A stretch of 64,000 nt of DNA from Octopus sinensis (GCF_006345805.1 NC_043013.1:58094001-58158000); one strand, 5' to 3'. Positions 1-13,667 are shown, counted from the first letter of the stretch. Notes: generated by a model from the letters alone, not told the origin. Numbers and translations: made by a program.

Positions 1-120
1 CCACTAGAATGGGAGAAAGCGCTAATAATCTGAATGATATGATATATATATGTAAAAAATGTAATATATAAATAAATATCTATAAATATGAACCATCCGA
101 TCTTCTGATTACCTCATTTC

Positions 121-161
<41 letters not shown>

Positions 162-446
162 GTCACCGGTGCTCGGCCAGGTCTGACCTTTCTTTCTTGG
201 TTCGACTACCATCCGTGCAACATCTATATTCCTCCCTGTGCCTGTCCAATCTTATGTCCCTGCAGTAAGGCTTTACTTCCACACACGCCAGCTTAATTTA
301 ATTGTTATGTCCTGTTATTTTTATTTGTATTTGTGTAACATTCTCTGTTTTTTCCGTCCTTGTTTTCGTATACATTCGCTGCTTTCTTCAAAGGAATCCA
401 ATTCTCTCTTTCGCTGGCTCTCTCTCTCTCTCTCCCTCTCTCTCTT

Positions 447-482
<36 letters not shown>

Positions 483-1247
483 ATATATATAGTGTGTGTG
501 TGTCTATATGTATATGGACATATATACATATACTACAAACATGTATATTACATAACTGTATACTTACATACATTAGTGCTAATGTTCTTCCATATATTCC
601 TTTTTACTGATGAGACTATTTTTGAGAAGAATTAAAACTCTATACATGTTCTCCTGTGTCATTCTTCACATTACATTGTTAATATTTTCTCTATATTTTA
701 CATAAAATTATTCGCATGCGAATATCTGCATGGAGAAACCATTCAATATTCTCGATGCAGCATTATTCAGAAACTCCTGCACACTTATTTAAAACTTTGT
801 TGAAGGTTTAATTTCAATTTTGTAATTCTTGAATGGATTAAAATATCTTTGTTTTTAAAAACAATGTTGAGCTTTCATAAAATGTGGTTTCCATTGAAAT
901 TCTTCATTTTGTAAAGCAAAAACAACGATATTACATTAGTTTACACTGTTCTCCTTTTACGGCTACCATCATGCTCAATTTAACATAATCTGCTATCATC
1001 TTGTAGTTTTAGACTTAACAACAATATGCTTGCAAAGGTCGAGGCAACTTTTAGAATTCGCTGATTGTATTATATTTTGTGCAAACTCTCATTAAAATTT
1101 GTTCATAATACAAAAGATACCTATGTACGTACATATATATATGTATATGTATATGTACATGGATATATGTGTATATATATGTGTGTGTATGTTGTGTATA
1201 TGTATATATATATTACAATTATTTACAATTATCAAGTACTCACCCTG

Positions 1248-1288
<41 letters not shown>

Positions 1289-3872
1289 TATATATATATA
1301 TATGAGTGTGTATGAACATACATATATATACATATATATGCATGTATATATATATATAATGTTAATATTATCGTGTTATATAATATGCGTATATATGTAC
1401 ACACTCATACAGATACATGCTACTTCATAACTATATAATACACTAATATAATTATATATATATGTGAATGTGTGTATGTGTATGTATGTATGTGTATGTG
1501 TGTGGCTATATTGATATGAATAAAATCATACATATATGTATCTATGTAAATGCATATATATACTTAAACATATGTGCATATGCATATATATGCATACATA
1601 CATGAATAAATATATGCATGTACGTATGTAACGTGGGAACTAAACGAAAACTGTATGAGAAGCAAATTGAAATGCAATATTCTTTGATGCTAGATTTGTA
1701 CTCAGATCACAAATTCTTCTTCTTTTATATAAAAAAAAAACAATAGAAAATCAAATTGATGGCAGTGTTGAGATATTAAGAAGTTGCTTATCAAAGCAGA
1801 ACAAGAGAAAAAAAGAGAGAAAGAACAAAATATTGGAAGAAGGGAAGAAGAAAGAAAGAAATGTGTAAATCCCTGTAAAATAATATATCGAGAAGATATT
1901 TGCAAATATGAGAAACAAATCATTGTCGAATAATTAAAGAACAAAGAAGCTGGAGTTAGGCAATTATTATTTTGGTTTATTGTTTTGTTTTGTCAATCTG
2001 ATTGAAGTTTGAAATAATGAACTGTTGGTTGACTTTGCAAATTGTTTTCTTTTTTACTTTTGGAGGTGATTGGAAAATTTTTTACTCATCATTCTATGAT
2101 CAGCGCCTTGCACAGAAGGAACTCTGATTAATGACACGTACGCACACACACACACACACAACACACACACACACACACACACACAAAACATAATATATAT
2201 GTTATGCATTGAAATATTTTATGTATATAAATATATATGTGTATTTTTAGGATATCCATGTATATTACTCATATAATCACATATATACATGTATGTATGT
2301 ATGCATGAATGCATGCTTGCATATATATGTATGTATATATTGTAGGGCGAGGCATATAATATTGTTCTCCTAAGCTACATTCTCAACTCATTTGACACCC
2401 CGTACGTTATTTCTATCCCTGCTGCCAACAAAGGTAACATCAGTACATCCATATCATTTGTTTTTCTTTAAATTCAAGACATTTATTTGTCTCTTCATGT
2501 GATCCTTTACGTCTAATCTTAACTACCAAGATATCGCCACCAATCGAGTCCCTCAAAAATTATTCTACTGCCCTGTATGATTTGACATTTGGTATAAATA
2601 ATTTAAAACGGAATGGTCATAGCTGGAAGTCAGTTGAAGATAAATCTGTTGCATCAGAGACGATTGTGAAATAAAATCAAAAAAGAAGATAACAAAAAAC
2701 ACAGAAGAACATGTCTTGTATACGGGATATTGTTCTTTACCTAGAAAAAGAATATATATTTTCTCATCCATATTAATGTAATGCATGGAAGGCTCTGCCA
2801 GGTCACTTGATCTGCTAGAAATAGCAATGAAATCTCCCACAAATTACACCATATTTTAACAGAAAAATGTAGTGTTCTGCCCTCAATTGGGGATTACCGA
2901 CAATAAATTGCAGAAACTGCAAGTAAATCAATTTTATGAAGTCGTGAGAGTGTTACTAACGATGTAACCAATCTGTATGTCTATATTCTTCAGGTGTCTC
3001 CATGTATTTGATATGTTACATGACAGGGGCGGGAATGACAGCTGCGAACATTTTGAAGCAGATGGCAAATATTTTGAATAGTATAGGAAGAATTCATTCT
3101 AAATAAACTGTAAACTCAGAGATATTTCTTGCTTCAAGGAATTATTTTTAAATTTATGACAAATACTTTCAGCAAAACTTCTTCTATATGAGCAAAATTT
3201 TGCAGGATATATAACAATTTTTAAAAATGTTGGTAAAATATTTCTTGTAAGCCATGTTGCATTCGCATTTTGCTTATGTATAGACAAATGAATTTAACAA
3301 CTTGAATAATTAATATGTCCTGTAATTAGATACACAAATATCAATGAGGAATCAAATATTAGAATTGCATTGTTGCTCGAATTGAATAAATTAATTCTGA
3401 AGATTTTAAAAAATTATTAAAAAGATAAATAAAGCATTTACAATGTATAAGACCAAAAGAGTTAAAATTAATATATCTGAAGAATTTCAAATTATGTATT
3501 TCATTGATTCCTAAAATATGAAATCGTTTTTGCCGCAGTGAAATAATATTGGAATTATTTCAGAATTGGCTCAAGTAAGACGAATGCCAAAATGGTAATA
3601 ATACACATAAGTGTGCAAGCATTTACTTGCCTTCCATCCTGCTATTTACACAAGAGTGTTGCCATTTTTAATTCAAAATCTCCCTCAAGGATTTATACGC
3701 ATTCCCCCAGAAGCATGAGGAATCGATACGGCTGAAGCACAAAAGAATTCCCCTGAAAATGTATCATGTATTCTCCAAGATTTCATTTTATTTATCTTAT
3801 TTTCCAGTCAATTGCCAATTATACAGAAACGGACACTCTCGTGTTTCACACACACACACGCATTCACATACA

Positions 3873-3909
<37 letters not shown>

Positions 3910-4561
3910 TCACGCATATGCACACAAACGTACGCTAGAAAGAAGCACACACACACACACAGACCAAAGTACACAAAATAGCACTCTAACAACATTCATA
4001 TTACACAAACACATACATTAAAATAAAGACATTCACACCCACAAATGCACACAGAGGCGTCTTTATACTGATACCCCCACACATTCATCTACACACAGCT
4101 GAAGAGTAACATACATAAACCCACACATACATAATCTCTCTCTCTCTCTCTCTATCTTACATTCTTTCTCTCTCAATCACACACACACATACACACACAC
4201 ACACCTTTCACGCTGATGAACAGATGTAATGCGATAAAGATTTGGCCTCAGTGAAAAAGAAGCTGAGCATCTCAAGAGATTGTTGAAAGTTTGTGAAGGA
4301 GATATGGAGGCTTGCTTATTGAAAAGGTCTTTGGCAATGAACTGGAAATAGATAGAGCTTCGGGCAACAGTGAGTGTAAGAAATATATTTACAAGGGTGC
4401 AATATAAAACACTGCAATTCCATTCTGTGAACAAGTAACTAGCTGCTGCCGTTATGTTTCTTTCTGTACACACACACGCACACACACGCACACACACGTA
4501 CACATATGTGGACACTACACGCACATGTATCTGTATATACTCTTTTACTCTTTTATAGCAC

Positions 4562-4610
<49 letters not shown>

Positions 4611-4687
4611 CCTATATATACATATTTACATACGTATATATATACACATATATCTGTATATATACATATATACATACATATATCTAT

Positions 4688-5544
4688 ACATAAGGAATCC
4701 ACTTATAAGGAATTCAGCACGCTAGAAAGAACAGCTAGGTTCTGTAAATCACAAAAATAACGGATAAAATTCGACAGGAATAAATTTGGAAATGAAAAAC
4801 ATTTACCATCTAGTCCCTGGGCCAATTGGTTTCTGATCATCTTTTAGTGAGTCAAGGAGAACTCACAAGGTCTGATTTTCTTCAGCAAGGTCCAACCTAG
4901 GGTTATACACGAGACAAACAAGGCTACTTGTCTCGTGTTTATACGAACTAACTATTCAAATTTTTCTGCGCAGACGCAATCCTTCGCTGGGTACAATGAA
5001 AAACCGCCAACTTTTAACCGAAAATTATCCAAATACTTACAGTATTTAATCATATCAAAGGGAAATGTGATTTAATTAAAATTAAAACATTCAATCAAAA
5101 TTTACATTTCCAGTGGTCTAACGTGCAAAAAAAAATAGTCAAGAAGACTGAATATTAGTCATATGATATAGTGTTGGATTTGTACAACCCTAGGTTGGAC
5201 CTTGCTGAAGAAGATCAGACCTTGTGAGTTCTCCTTGACTCGCTAAAAGATGATCAGAAACCAATTGGCCCAGGGACTAGATGGTAAATGTTTTTCATTT
5301 CCAAATTTATTCCTGTCGAATTTTATCCGTTATTTTTGTGATTTACAGAACCTAGCTGTTCTTTCTAGCGTGCTGAATTCCTTATAAGTGGATTCCTTAT
5401 GTGTTTAAATATACATATATCGTATGACTAATATACAGTCTTCTTGACTAATTTTTTTTTCACGTTAGGCCACTGGAAATTAAAATTTTGATTGAATGTT
5501 TTAATTTTAATTAAATTCCATTTCCCTTTGACATGATTAAATAC
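4688..5544. repeat. Interleaved inverted repeats A-B-A'-B' (PLE terminal-repeat-like)
   Basis: A 4688-4909 is the reverse complement of A' 5181-5402 (222 bp, 3 mismatches). B 5042-5170 is the reverse complement of B' 5416-5544 (129 bp, roughly 90% identical). A' carries a hammerhead motif. Confidence 0.9.
5200..5275 (+). ncRNA. Type I hammerhead-like motif with non-canonical GCC triplet; mirror copy on - strand at 4815-4890
   Basis: CCTTG-CTGAAGA-A-GATCA-(loop with GTGAGT/ACTCGC hairpin)-TGATC-A-GAAA-CCAATTGG-CC-CAGGG. Stem I CCTTG/CAGGG; stem III is the palindrome CCAATTGG. Confidence 0.6.
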
Positions 5545-5565
5545 ATACATCTATAGATATATACT

Positions 5566-5705
5566 TAAAATTTACAGAAAAACAAAAGACGAAGACCGGT
5601 GTATGAACAAGTAGGTGTATTAGTTTGACGTTCGCGAAAGTGAAGAAGTCTTTTATGTTTCGAGCTAATGCTCTTCACCAGAAAGGGAAAAGAGAAAAAA
5701 CTTGT
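5566..5705 (-). mobile_element. Terminal-repeat remnant of the Neptune PLE family at 17851-20257, with a degenerate hammerhead (5650-5685)
   Basis: Similar to 17870-17990 and 43185-43320. Minus strand reads CTTT-CTGGTGA-A-GAGC-ATTA-GCTC-GAAA-CA-TA-AAAG. Confidence 0.7.
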
Positions 5706-6181
5706 ATTTTTAGCAGTCAAGCATGTTGACTGATGTATGTATGCGGTATATATGTATATATTCATTTATACATACATATATGCACACACACGCGCGCGCG
5801 CGCATATACACACACACATATATCCATATATGTAGATATATATTTAGAGTTAGAAAGATATATATACTTGCAAACAAAAGTAGGTACAACCAAGTGGTGG
5901 TATATTTGATTGAACAACTATGAAGAACCGGGTTTGCTCTCTCAGCCTTAGAAAACCATTATTGCTTTTACCATATCCTTTGAGTGGACCCAACTTTCAT
6001 GATTGAAACTCTTTAATGAAATGCTTAGTGCCATTTCGTCCGTCTACACACTCTGAATTCATATTTCGGCGATGTTAATTTCAATGTCATCTTTGCCATT
6101 TATCATTCCGTAGTCTAGAAAATAGAATGAGTCGAGCACTGAGATGGCCTTGTTCCAAAATTTGAAACCACTTTTATTATT

Positions 6182-6358
6182 AAGGTTTCGAGCTGGGCGA
6201 ATGGTTAGCATGCCGGACAAAATGCGTAGGTTCATGATCCGAGGTGAGGTCTACTTTTTAGGATCGATAAAAAAAAAGTACCGGTCGAACACTTCAGTTG
6301 ATGCGAACTACTTATATACCTCCTTCGAAATTGTGGGCCTTGCGCCAGAATTTAAAAT
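6182..6358 (+). mobile_element. Degenerate tRNA-derived CORE-type SINE
   Basis: Head 'gagctgggcgaatggttagcatgccgg' and 'gatcgataaaa..agtacc' CORE-like block; resembles 14232-14447. Confidence 0.5.
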
Positions 6359-8891
6359 CTTCGTTCTATATTTCCGTTGTTTATAAAATGGTGCGGATAA
6401 ACGGATGGGTATGAGCAACCTTTGCTGAACGATGAGATCATGTTGAAGCCAATGACAAACCTTTGAATGAGTTCTAACGCATGATTACTCATCATTCTAT
6501 GGCAAGAGAAAATTAGAATGAGTATATGTGTGTGCATGTGTGTGTATGTGTGAGCGTGCGTCTGTTTGTGTGTGTGATTGAGTACAAGCTCGTGGCTTAG
6601 TATGCTGCAAGTCAAGATCTTAAGATTGTGGTTTCAGCTCCTGGGCTGGAGGATACATAGTGTTCATAGTATTTCACATTGCATTCAGGTGAAAAGAAAA
6701 AGAAAAGAGTAATTCTGCAACTGACGTCTAGTGAGAGAGGGAGACTATATACGCCGCCCCAACTGATCATTATGTGTGTGTGTATATATTCATATATCTG
6801 TGTGAGTGGTTAAACAAATACTCTAAGTTCATTCAATTTCTCAATTATAATATGAAGCTTTCCTAACAGTTTCCCTTTCTAAGCAAATTTTAGCTTTCCC
6901 GAATAACTGCAGCTTTGCAATCAAATGCAGTTTTGTTTTTACTTTGCTATCGCAGAGAAAGTGTGGCACCAGGCAAAAACCTTAAAGCATGTCTTGTAGT
7001 TAAAAAAAGGAAAAGAGGTTGATGCTTATGGAGTAAAGATTGTTTGCCAACATAACATGGCAGTCCTGGTTTAGGACAAAAGTTGCTGTAATTTACAATT
7101 CCCTAAAGAGGTTGAACTGAAGATTTAACCTGGAAAGGAGAAGAAATTACAGTTCTGAAAAGAGCGGTTTCCGATCAAATTATTATTTTGTTTTAATAAA
7201 GTATATTGGTGTTGGCATAGAGAAGCTGTGAAGGAAAGACTGATGGGTTTTTGTTTTGTCTTTTTTATTTTGGTGTGTGAGTGTGTGCATGACTGCGTGT
7301 GCGTGTGTAGTAACTGATATTGGTCGTGAGAGCCAGGGCGCACACAGCACAACACGTTCACATTTCCAATATCAAATCATATCTTAACTTATTTACTATA
7401 ACTACTTGCCTGTCATTTATTGATTTATGTTCAACTAGATTATTAAGGTCTATCTTTTGACCAATTCACTGAAATGACACCGCCGATATACATACATACA
7501 CGCATACATACACGCATACATACACACATATTTGCATTTGTACGCGCAGGTATATTTCTTGTATACATATATGCTCCACACACACACACATATTATGTAT
7601 GTATATATATATATATAAATACTCGTCGTCGCATGCTGATACTTTTCTTTATTAATATTTTTCTAAAACTGTTATTAGTATTTATGCCTGAGAAACAGTG
7701 GCCGGGGATGTGGGAATAGATTATTTAATGATCATATTTCTGACACCAGAAATCCCTTAATATCTTTTGTGGCTCCAAGTATCTTTTGATAAAATAATAG
7801 AATGGCCAATTACATCCCTGGGGGGCAATTACTGAGTCAGTCAACGATGCGTTTAGAAAGACACAATAAAATGATGTCAGTAATAGAGTATAACATTTCA
7901 GGAGATTCTAAAACTATATTTACTGGGAGCAAACAGTAATGAACGTTGGCATTAACACAGATCACATTAACAGAAATTAATCCAATTTGGAGATAGTTTT
8001 TGGCATCTTCCTCACCAAGCAATTAATCGAATTTAGAAATTGCTAAGAAATATTTATTCAAGTCAGGCAAGGGATAGGTAAAGAAAAGTGTGTCTATACG
8101 ATGCAGTAATAGAATGGAATGATTCTATATTTTTGCTTTGTCAAGTTCTGCTTCACTTGATGCAAGGAAGTTAGGACAAAAGTCTGAAAATCAATTTACC
8201 ATTCAGGTATTGTTCACATTTGGTTTATCTAAATCTTCCATGAAATAGAATTAAATATCTATTTGCTTCTATCTGTTGTCAACAACAGAAATATATATTA
8301 GTTGATTGCTAGAAAGTTATGTAAATTATACTTGTCAAGATTTAGTAAGAAGAGGCAGTTTGCTCAATTTAACAAGATGTAAAGTAAAAGTGAAATACGG
8401 AAGGAAAATTTAATTTTGATTTAAGATGACAATAAGCCAGAGGGGAAGAAGAAGATTATAATGAATACCTTATAAAGATATTGACACAGAAACATCAATT
8501 TAGAGTTAAGTGGTACAAAATATAACATACCGTCAACCAAGATAAATATATACATCATCGATGTATGTCGTGTCTAAATTGCCGACTGTGATGTTATGTA
8601 TCTGCAAGGCTGTTATCAATTATGCACCTTACCTCAGCATATATAATCTTTCTGTGTCATAAGAAGAATCCTAGCTTTTTCCTGTATATTCTTCTGAGAT
8701 AAATGGCTTTAGGACAATAAATGTAGAATAATAATTTACTTATGTAGTTTTGCAAGTGGGTTACGACTAAATAATTGGTTGGTAATTCTAAATAGCTCAG
8801 CTCATGTAAGTTCTCAGACTGTCAGAGTGAAGCAATAAACTGAATTACAAAGAATAAAAGAATACTGATCGTTAACATATTATTTTTATTA

Positions 8892-8939
<48 letters not shown>

Positions 8940-9033
8940 AAATCCAACTTGATGCCAAAAATATTAATGAAATCCAACCTAAATGCCTAAAATTTTATTA
9001 AAGCAAACATAGTCTTTTCATATACAGACTGTT

Positions 9034-10015
9034 GTCTGTATATGAAAAGACTATGACAGAGGACTAATTAGTATAGACCATTGTATAAGGAGTGAAAGGT
9101 GGACGCTTGCCGAGTACTTGATAAAAAGTGATGACACCCGCTGCAATATGATATGCCGCGCAAGATATGGGTTTAAGTGCAGTTGAAACGATGGGTGAGG
9201 AGTTTAACCAAAGAGCTAAGGAGAAGAGAAAAGAAGACCTTGAAATGAGAATGGAGAGTGCATGGATTGTTTGAAAGGAATACACAGGACGATAAGGATA
9301 ATACAGCAACATGAGCATAGCTAGTGCGAGGTGATTTGAAGCGTAACACCGAAAGCCTGATCATTGCTGCACAGGACCAGGCTCTCGCTACAAATTCAGT
9401 GAAATATAACACTTATAAAACTTCTGACACCCAGAAATGCAGACTCTGTGGAAAGAGTGTGGAAAATGTGACCCACTTGGAAAGTGGATGTGAGAGCCTT
9501 GCACAAAAAGAATCCAAGCGCCGCCACGATAAACTGTGCGTGTATGTTCATTGGCTCTTATGCCGTAAATACCAATATGAAGTAACAGAGAACTGGTATG
9601 AGTATGTAACAAGTAAAGATATGCAGGAGGATGGAAAAATAACGATACTCTGGGACTATGATTTTCAGACGGATGGTGTAATCGAACACTGTTGGCCGAA
9701 TATTGTCATATTACATTAGAGAGACAAATACTGTCAGATCATTGATGTAGCCATACCAAATGACATGAATGTTGTGAGTAAAGAGGTTGAAAAAATCCCC
9801 AAGTACTCCGAATTGAATGTGGAAATGGCAAGACTGTATGGAATACGAGAGGGTAATCTAAAAGTGATACCAGTGGTGATCGGAGCGCTGGGCTTAATCC
9901 CATTGAAACTTCAAGACTTTAAGGCAACTGGAAATCCCGTGCAAGATTGATGTCTTGCAAAAAGCAGCCTTATTGGGGTCAGCGTACATCTGATGGAAAG
10001 TATTATCGGTTTCAA
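9034..10015 (+). mobile_element. 5'-truncated R4/Dong-like non-LTR retrotransposon (CCHC finger + restriction-like endonuclease), (AAT)n tail
   Basis: Translates to LYMKR..RGLISIDHC, ESLIIAAQDQAL, CRLCGKSVENVTHLESGC, ILWDYDFQTD..WPNIV..IIDVAIP, VIPVVIGALG (ORFs 9324-9719 and 9765-9950); contains stops and frameshifts. Confidence 0.92.
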
Positions 10016-10019
10016 CAAC

Positions 10020-10051
<32 letters not shown>

Positions 10052-11657
10052 GCTACAAATGACAAACAGCTGGAAACACTACTAAAGACAGTTCATGGAT
10101 TCACCAAAGGAATAGATATGAAATTTGGATTAGAAAAATGCGCCAAAGTAACTCTGAAAGGAGGAAATCTAGTTAAGAGCAGCAACATCACACTAGATAA
10201 AACCAATGAAATAAAAGAATTAGACCAAAGCCAAACTTACAAATACTTAGGAATCCATGAACTAGATAAGACACAACACACACAAATGAAAGAGAAAATA
10301 AAAAAAGAATATTATAGACGAGTTAGATCAATACTAAAAACAGAGCTCAATGCTAAAAACAAGATAATAGGTATCAACACTTTAGCCGTCCCAGTTATAA
10401 GTTACAGCTACAATATCCTTAACTGGACACTAAATGAACTGACCAAAATAGATAGGAAAACAAGAAAAATAATGACAGGATCTAGGATTCATCACCCAAA
10501 ATCTGACATAGAAATACTATACGTACAACGTATAGAAAGTGGTAGAGGCCTTATACAGCTGGAAAACTATTATAATAACCACCATGGGACTGCAAAAATA
10601 CATACTTCAGAAGCAAGGAAAACTGATACAAGTAGCGGCAAAACACGAGCAAAACAAAAAAATTGTTCTCAGTATTTAAGGAAGCTGACAAATACAAACA
10701 AGAAATCATACCACCTAACAAATATGAAGAAGGAGAAGAAAACACAACAAAAGCTATAAAACAAATGAAATCCAAACTAAAAATAGAACAGCAACGGACC
10801 ATGATAAAACGATGACAAGAAAAGCCCCTTCATGGCAAGTACTAAATGCAAAAGAAATAGGCAAAGGAAAATCCCAGCAGTGGTTGAGAAGCTCAGGACT
10901 CAAAGCAGAGACAGAGGGATTTTCAATTGCAGCACAAGACCAAAGCCTCCCCACCAGGAATTACCAAAAGCATGTAATGAAAAGAAATATAACAAGTAAC
11001 TGCAGAATATGTGGAGATGGACAAGAAACAATAAATCATATTATCTCTGGCTGCCCAGTCCTGGTTAAGAAGGAATATATTCACAGACATGACAGAGTTG
11101 GGAGCTACATACACTGGAAGCTATGCCAACATTATGGAATAACAACAGAAAAAAGATGGTATAGGCACACACCAGAAAAGTTCACAGAAAACGAAAAAGC
11201 AACCATTCTTTGGGATATACCGATACACACAGATGGAGAAATTAAGGCCAACAGACCAGATGTAGTTGTCAGAGATCATGAAGAAAAAAATGCTTTCTAA
11301 TTGATGTATCAATACCAGCAGATGACAACGTGTCTCTGAAAGAAATGGAGAAACTTTCAAAATACAAAGACCTGGAAATAGAGGTAACTAGAATGTGGAA
11401 TCTAAAAACAGCTATCATAGTAGGTGGATTAGGCATGATAAAAAAATATTCAGACAAATATATAGCAAAAACACCAGGACTTACAAACACATATAACACA
11501 CAGAAAATTGCACTACTAGACATGCACACATTCTACGAAGAACTTTCAATACAGTAACCATCAGAGCATCACAACAAATCACAACACATACCCAAGGCTG
11601 ACAGAGCTGCGCTCGGTAGTGAAGTGAAAGCACGCTATAAAAATAAAACTACTGAAT
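10052..11657 (+). mobile_element. 5'-truncated R4/Dong-like LINE, second family (RT C-terminus, CCHC finger, RLE, 3'UTR)
   Basis: ORFs 10118-10759 (MKFGLEKCAK..YKYLGI), 10812-11300 (AAQDQSL..CRICGDGQETINHIISGC..RPDVVV) and 11330-11557 (KYKDLEIEV). Flanked on both sides by (AAT)n. Confidence 0.95.
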
Positions 11658-11673
11658 GATAATAATAATAATG

Positions 11674-11727
<54 letters not shown>

Positions 11728-11743
11728 TAATAATAATAATAAT
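11658..11743. repeat. (TAA)n microsatellite; others at about 8885-8937, 10018-10050, 12978-13047 and 14183-14231
   Basis: Read directly from sequence. Confidence 0.95.
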
Positions 11744-11744
11744 G

Positions 11745-11998
11745 ATCCTTAAACAACCCTTATTCAGGGACCGTTTGAGCATGATGGGCTACTCAACCTG
11801 AAGAAAATTCTAACTGGGCCCCCACCTGCAAGGTCATGTGCTGTTTATCTTGATATGAGATCACCATGTCGCGCACATATGGTTGTGATGCATGTGCCTG
11901 GTGTACCTTTATCAGACGGGTAGTCATGATGGGTATATTGGGCTTCGTATATTTTACCCCAGTGTTACTTTGATGGCATGAACTGCTCTCTCACTCAA
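11745..11998 (+). mobile_element. Non-coding interspersed repeat, 3' part; same family as 13688-14182
   Basis: Reverse-complement similarity to 13690-13900 (e.g. gtttatcttgatatgagatcac, gggcttcgtatatttt); ends in (AAT)n. Confidence 0.75.
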
Positions 11999-12014
11999 TA
12001 ATAATAATAATAAC

Positions 12015-12557
12015 AATTTTCATTGTTGAATACGCCGGCCTTCTTCGTGTGTTTCAATAGTGGCTCCGCGGCAATTTTTATATGCAAACCTAGGATGTTT
12101 TCCTCTGCTTCGATACAGTCCTGGCAACTGATTAAACCTTTCCCATCTTTTCCTCTGATCAAGTACAGCCTATTGGTTTCACTTTTAGGGTGGAAGGCTC
12201 CGCGTACTGTCAACAGTTTTCTAGCCTTGGTATCCATTTTCTTCGATTCTCTCAAGGTATTTTTTCTTACGTCGCAATTTATTTAATCAGGTCTCTGTTC
12301 GATAATTCTGTACCTGCTACGCATTGTAGCTTTCCATTTTTTAGGCAGATTATTCTTGAGTCCAAATTCCATTGTAAGAGCAGTGACGCGGATGAAACGT
12401 TATGGTACATCGTTAGCGAATGCCCAAAATTATATAAGAACCCTGCATTAGGACACCATGCAAAATTCCTAGCGGCATTCCGTCCATTTTCCGTTCTCAG
12501 TTCCAATTCCGCCGTGGAAGATTTATCTGCGGTATTGAACAGAATATTTGTTGTAGC
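12015..12557 (-). mobile_element. Internally deleted R4/Dong-like fragment
   Basis: Minus frames give MEFGL..GKLQCVAGTELSN and MDTKARKLLTVRGAFHPKSETNRLYLIRGKDGKGLISCQDCIEAEE. Confidence 0.75.
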
Positions 12558-12574
12558 ACTGTTGTTATTGTTGT

Positions 12575-12973
12575 TGTTGTCGTTATATGTTTGACTTTTG
12601 CTTTATATTTGTACAAGTTGGCTCCAAGTCTCACCCAGAGACCTCACGAGACAACAGGTTGGAAGTTCATGTTGTTGTTATGCCTAGTGTGCCATATATT
12701 TGGTTTTGTATTTAGTGTTGTACTAGTGAATGTCTAAAAAAAAAGCGAAAATTATGTTTGTTTTAAAACTTGAGATTACAGAGAAAGTATTTTGCGTAGA
12801 ATATGAGTAGTTCCCATGAGCACTATCTTTAGAATTTCTGCCATTTTGGGGTTTCCTGGTATCTGAGTTAGGTAGCAATCAGCCCCTTTCGCTATCATTC
12901 CCAGGGCACCTATGACAACAGGTATTGTTTTAGTCTTCAGGTTCCACATTTTGCTGATTTCTATTTCAAGATC

Positions 12974-12978
<5 letters not shown>
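12575..12978 (-). mobile_element. R4/Dong-like 3' end (RLE C-terminus + 3'UTR)
   Basis: Minus frame KDLEIEISKMWNLKTKTIPVVIGALGMIAKGADCYLTQIPGNPKMAEILKIVLMGTTHILRKILSL*. Confidence 0.88.
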
Positions 12979-13047
<69 letters not shown>

Positions 13048-13667
13048 GTGAAAACTCACAGCTTATTTTGCTGGGTATGATGGAAAGTGTCAGCTGCCCA
13101 CAGCAAGTAGCCTAATCTGACACTTGTTTACTAGTCATGCTTCAAGAATCTTGCCAAGAATTCTTGCAGTTCCAAGCAATGCTGATTTGTGTCGGTGTTC
13201 TACCTTGATTCTCGCACCAATCTTTTTCAGACACGTTGATAGTTGAGTGCTGATGCTTCCAACTGCAACAACTGGTATCACGTTTGCTCTCTTCATTGGC
13301 CACTACCTGCGTATTTCTCATTTCAAATCGTCACAGTTGTTTATTTTGTTTTCTTCCTTCACATTCGTCCTGTTGTCACGGGGACATGCTATGCCAATTA
13401 TCACACATGTTCTTTTCTATTCCCCGCAACAGTTTCTGATCATTGCAATTGTCCTTTTCGGCAATTCCTTCTGAAGTTTCCTCTTACCACGTCTTTGTTC
13501 TATGTAAGTCGTCATTTGCGCAGGGCTCGCAATGGATCATTCTTGCTACATTGTCATGGCGTTTTTGTATTCGCGTCTTGCCAAGTTGTGCCATATCCTT
13601 TCACCTCTCTCACCACACCTTCTGCATTTGTCGCTACCAGTTTTGTTTTCTGTTCTGCACTTCATAT
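13048..13667 (-). mobile_element. Decayed R4/Dong-like 3' end
   Basis: Minus frames give KCRRCGE, KRHDNVARMIH, NVIPVVAVGSIS and KSALLGTARILGKILEA*; bounded by (TAA)n on both sides. Confidence 0.8.
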
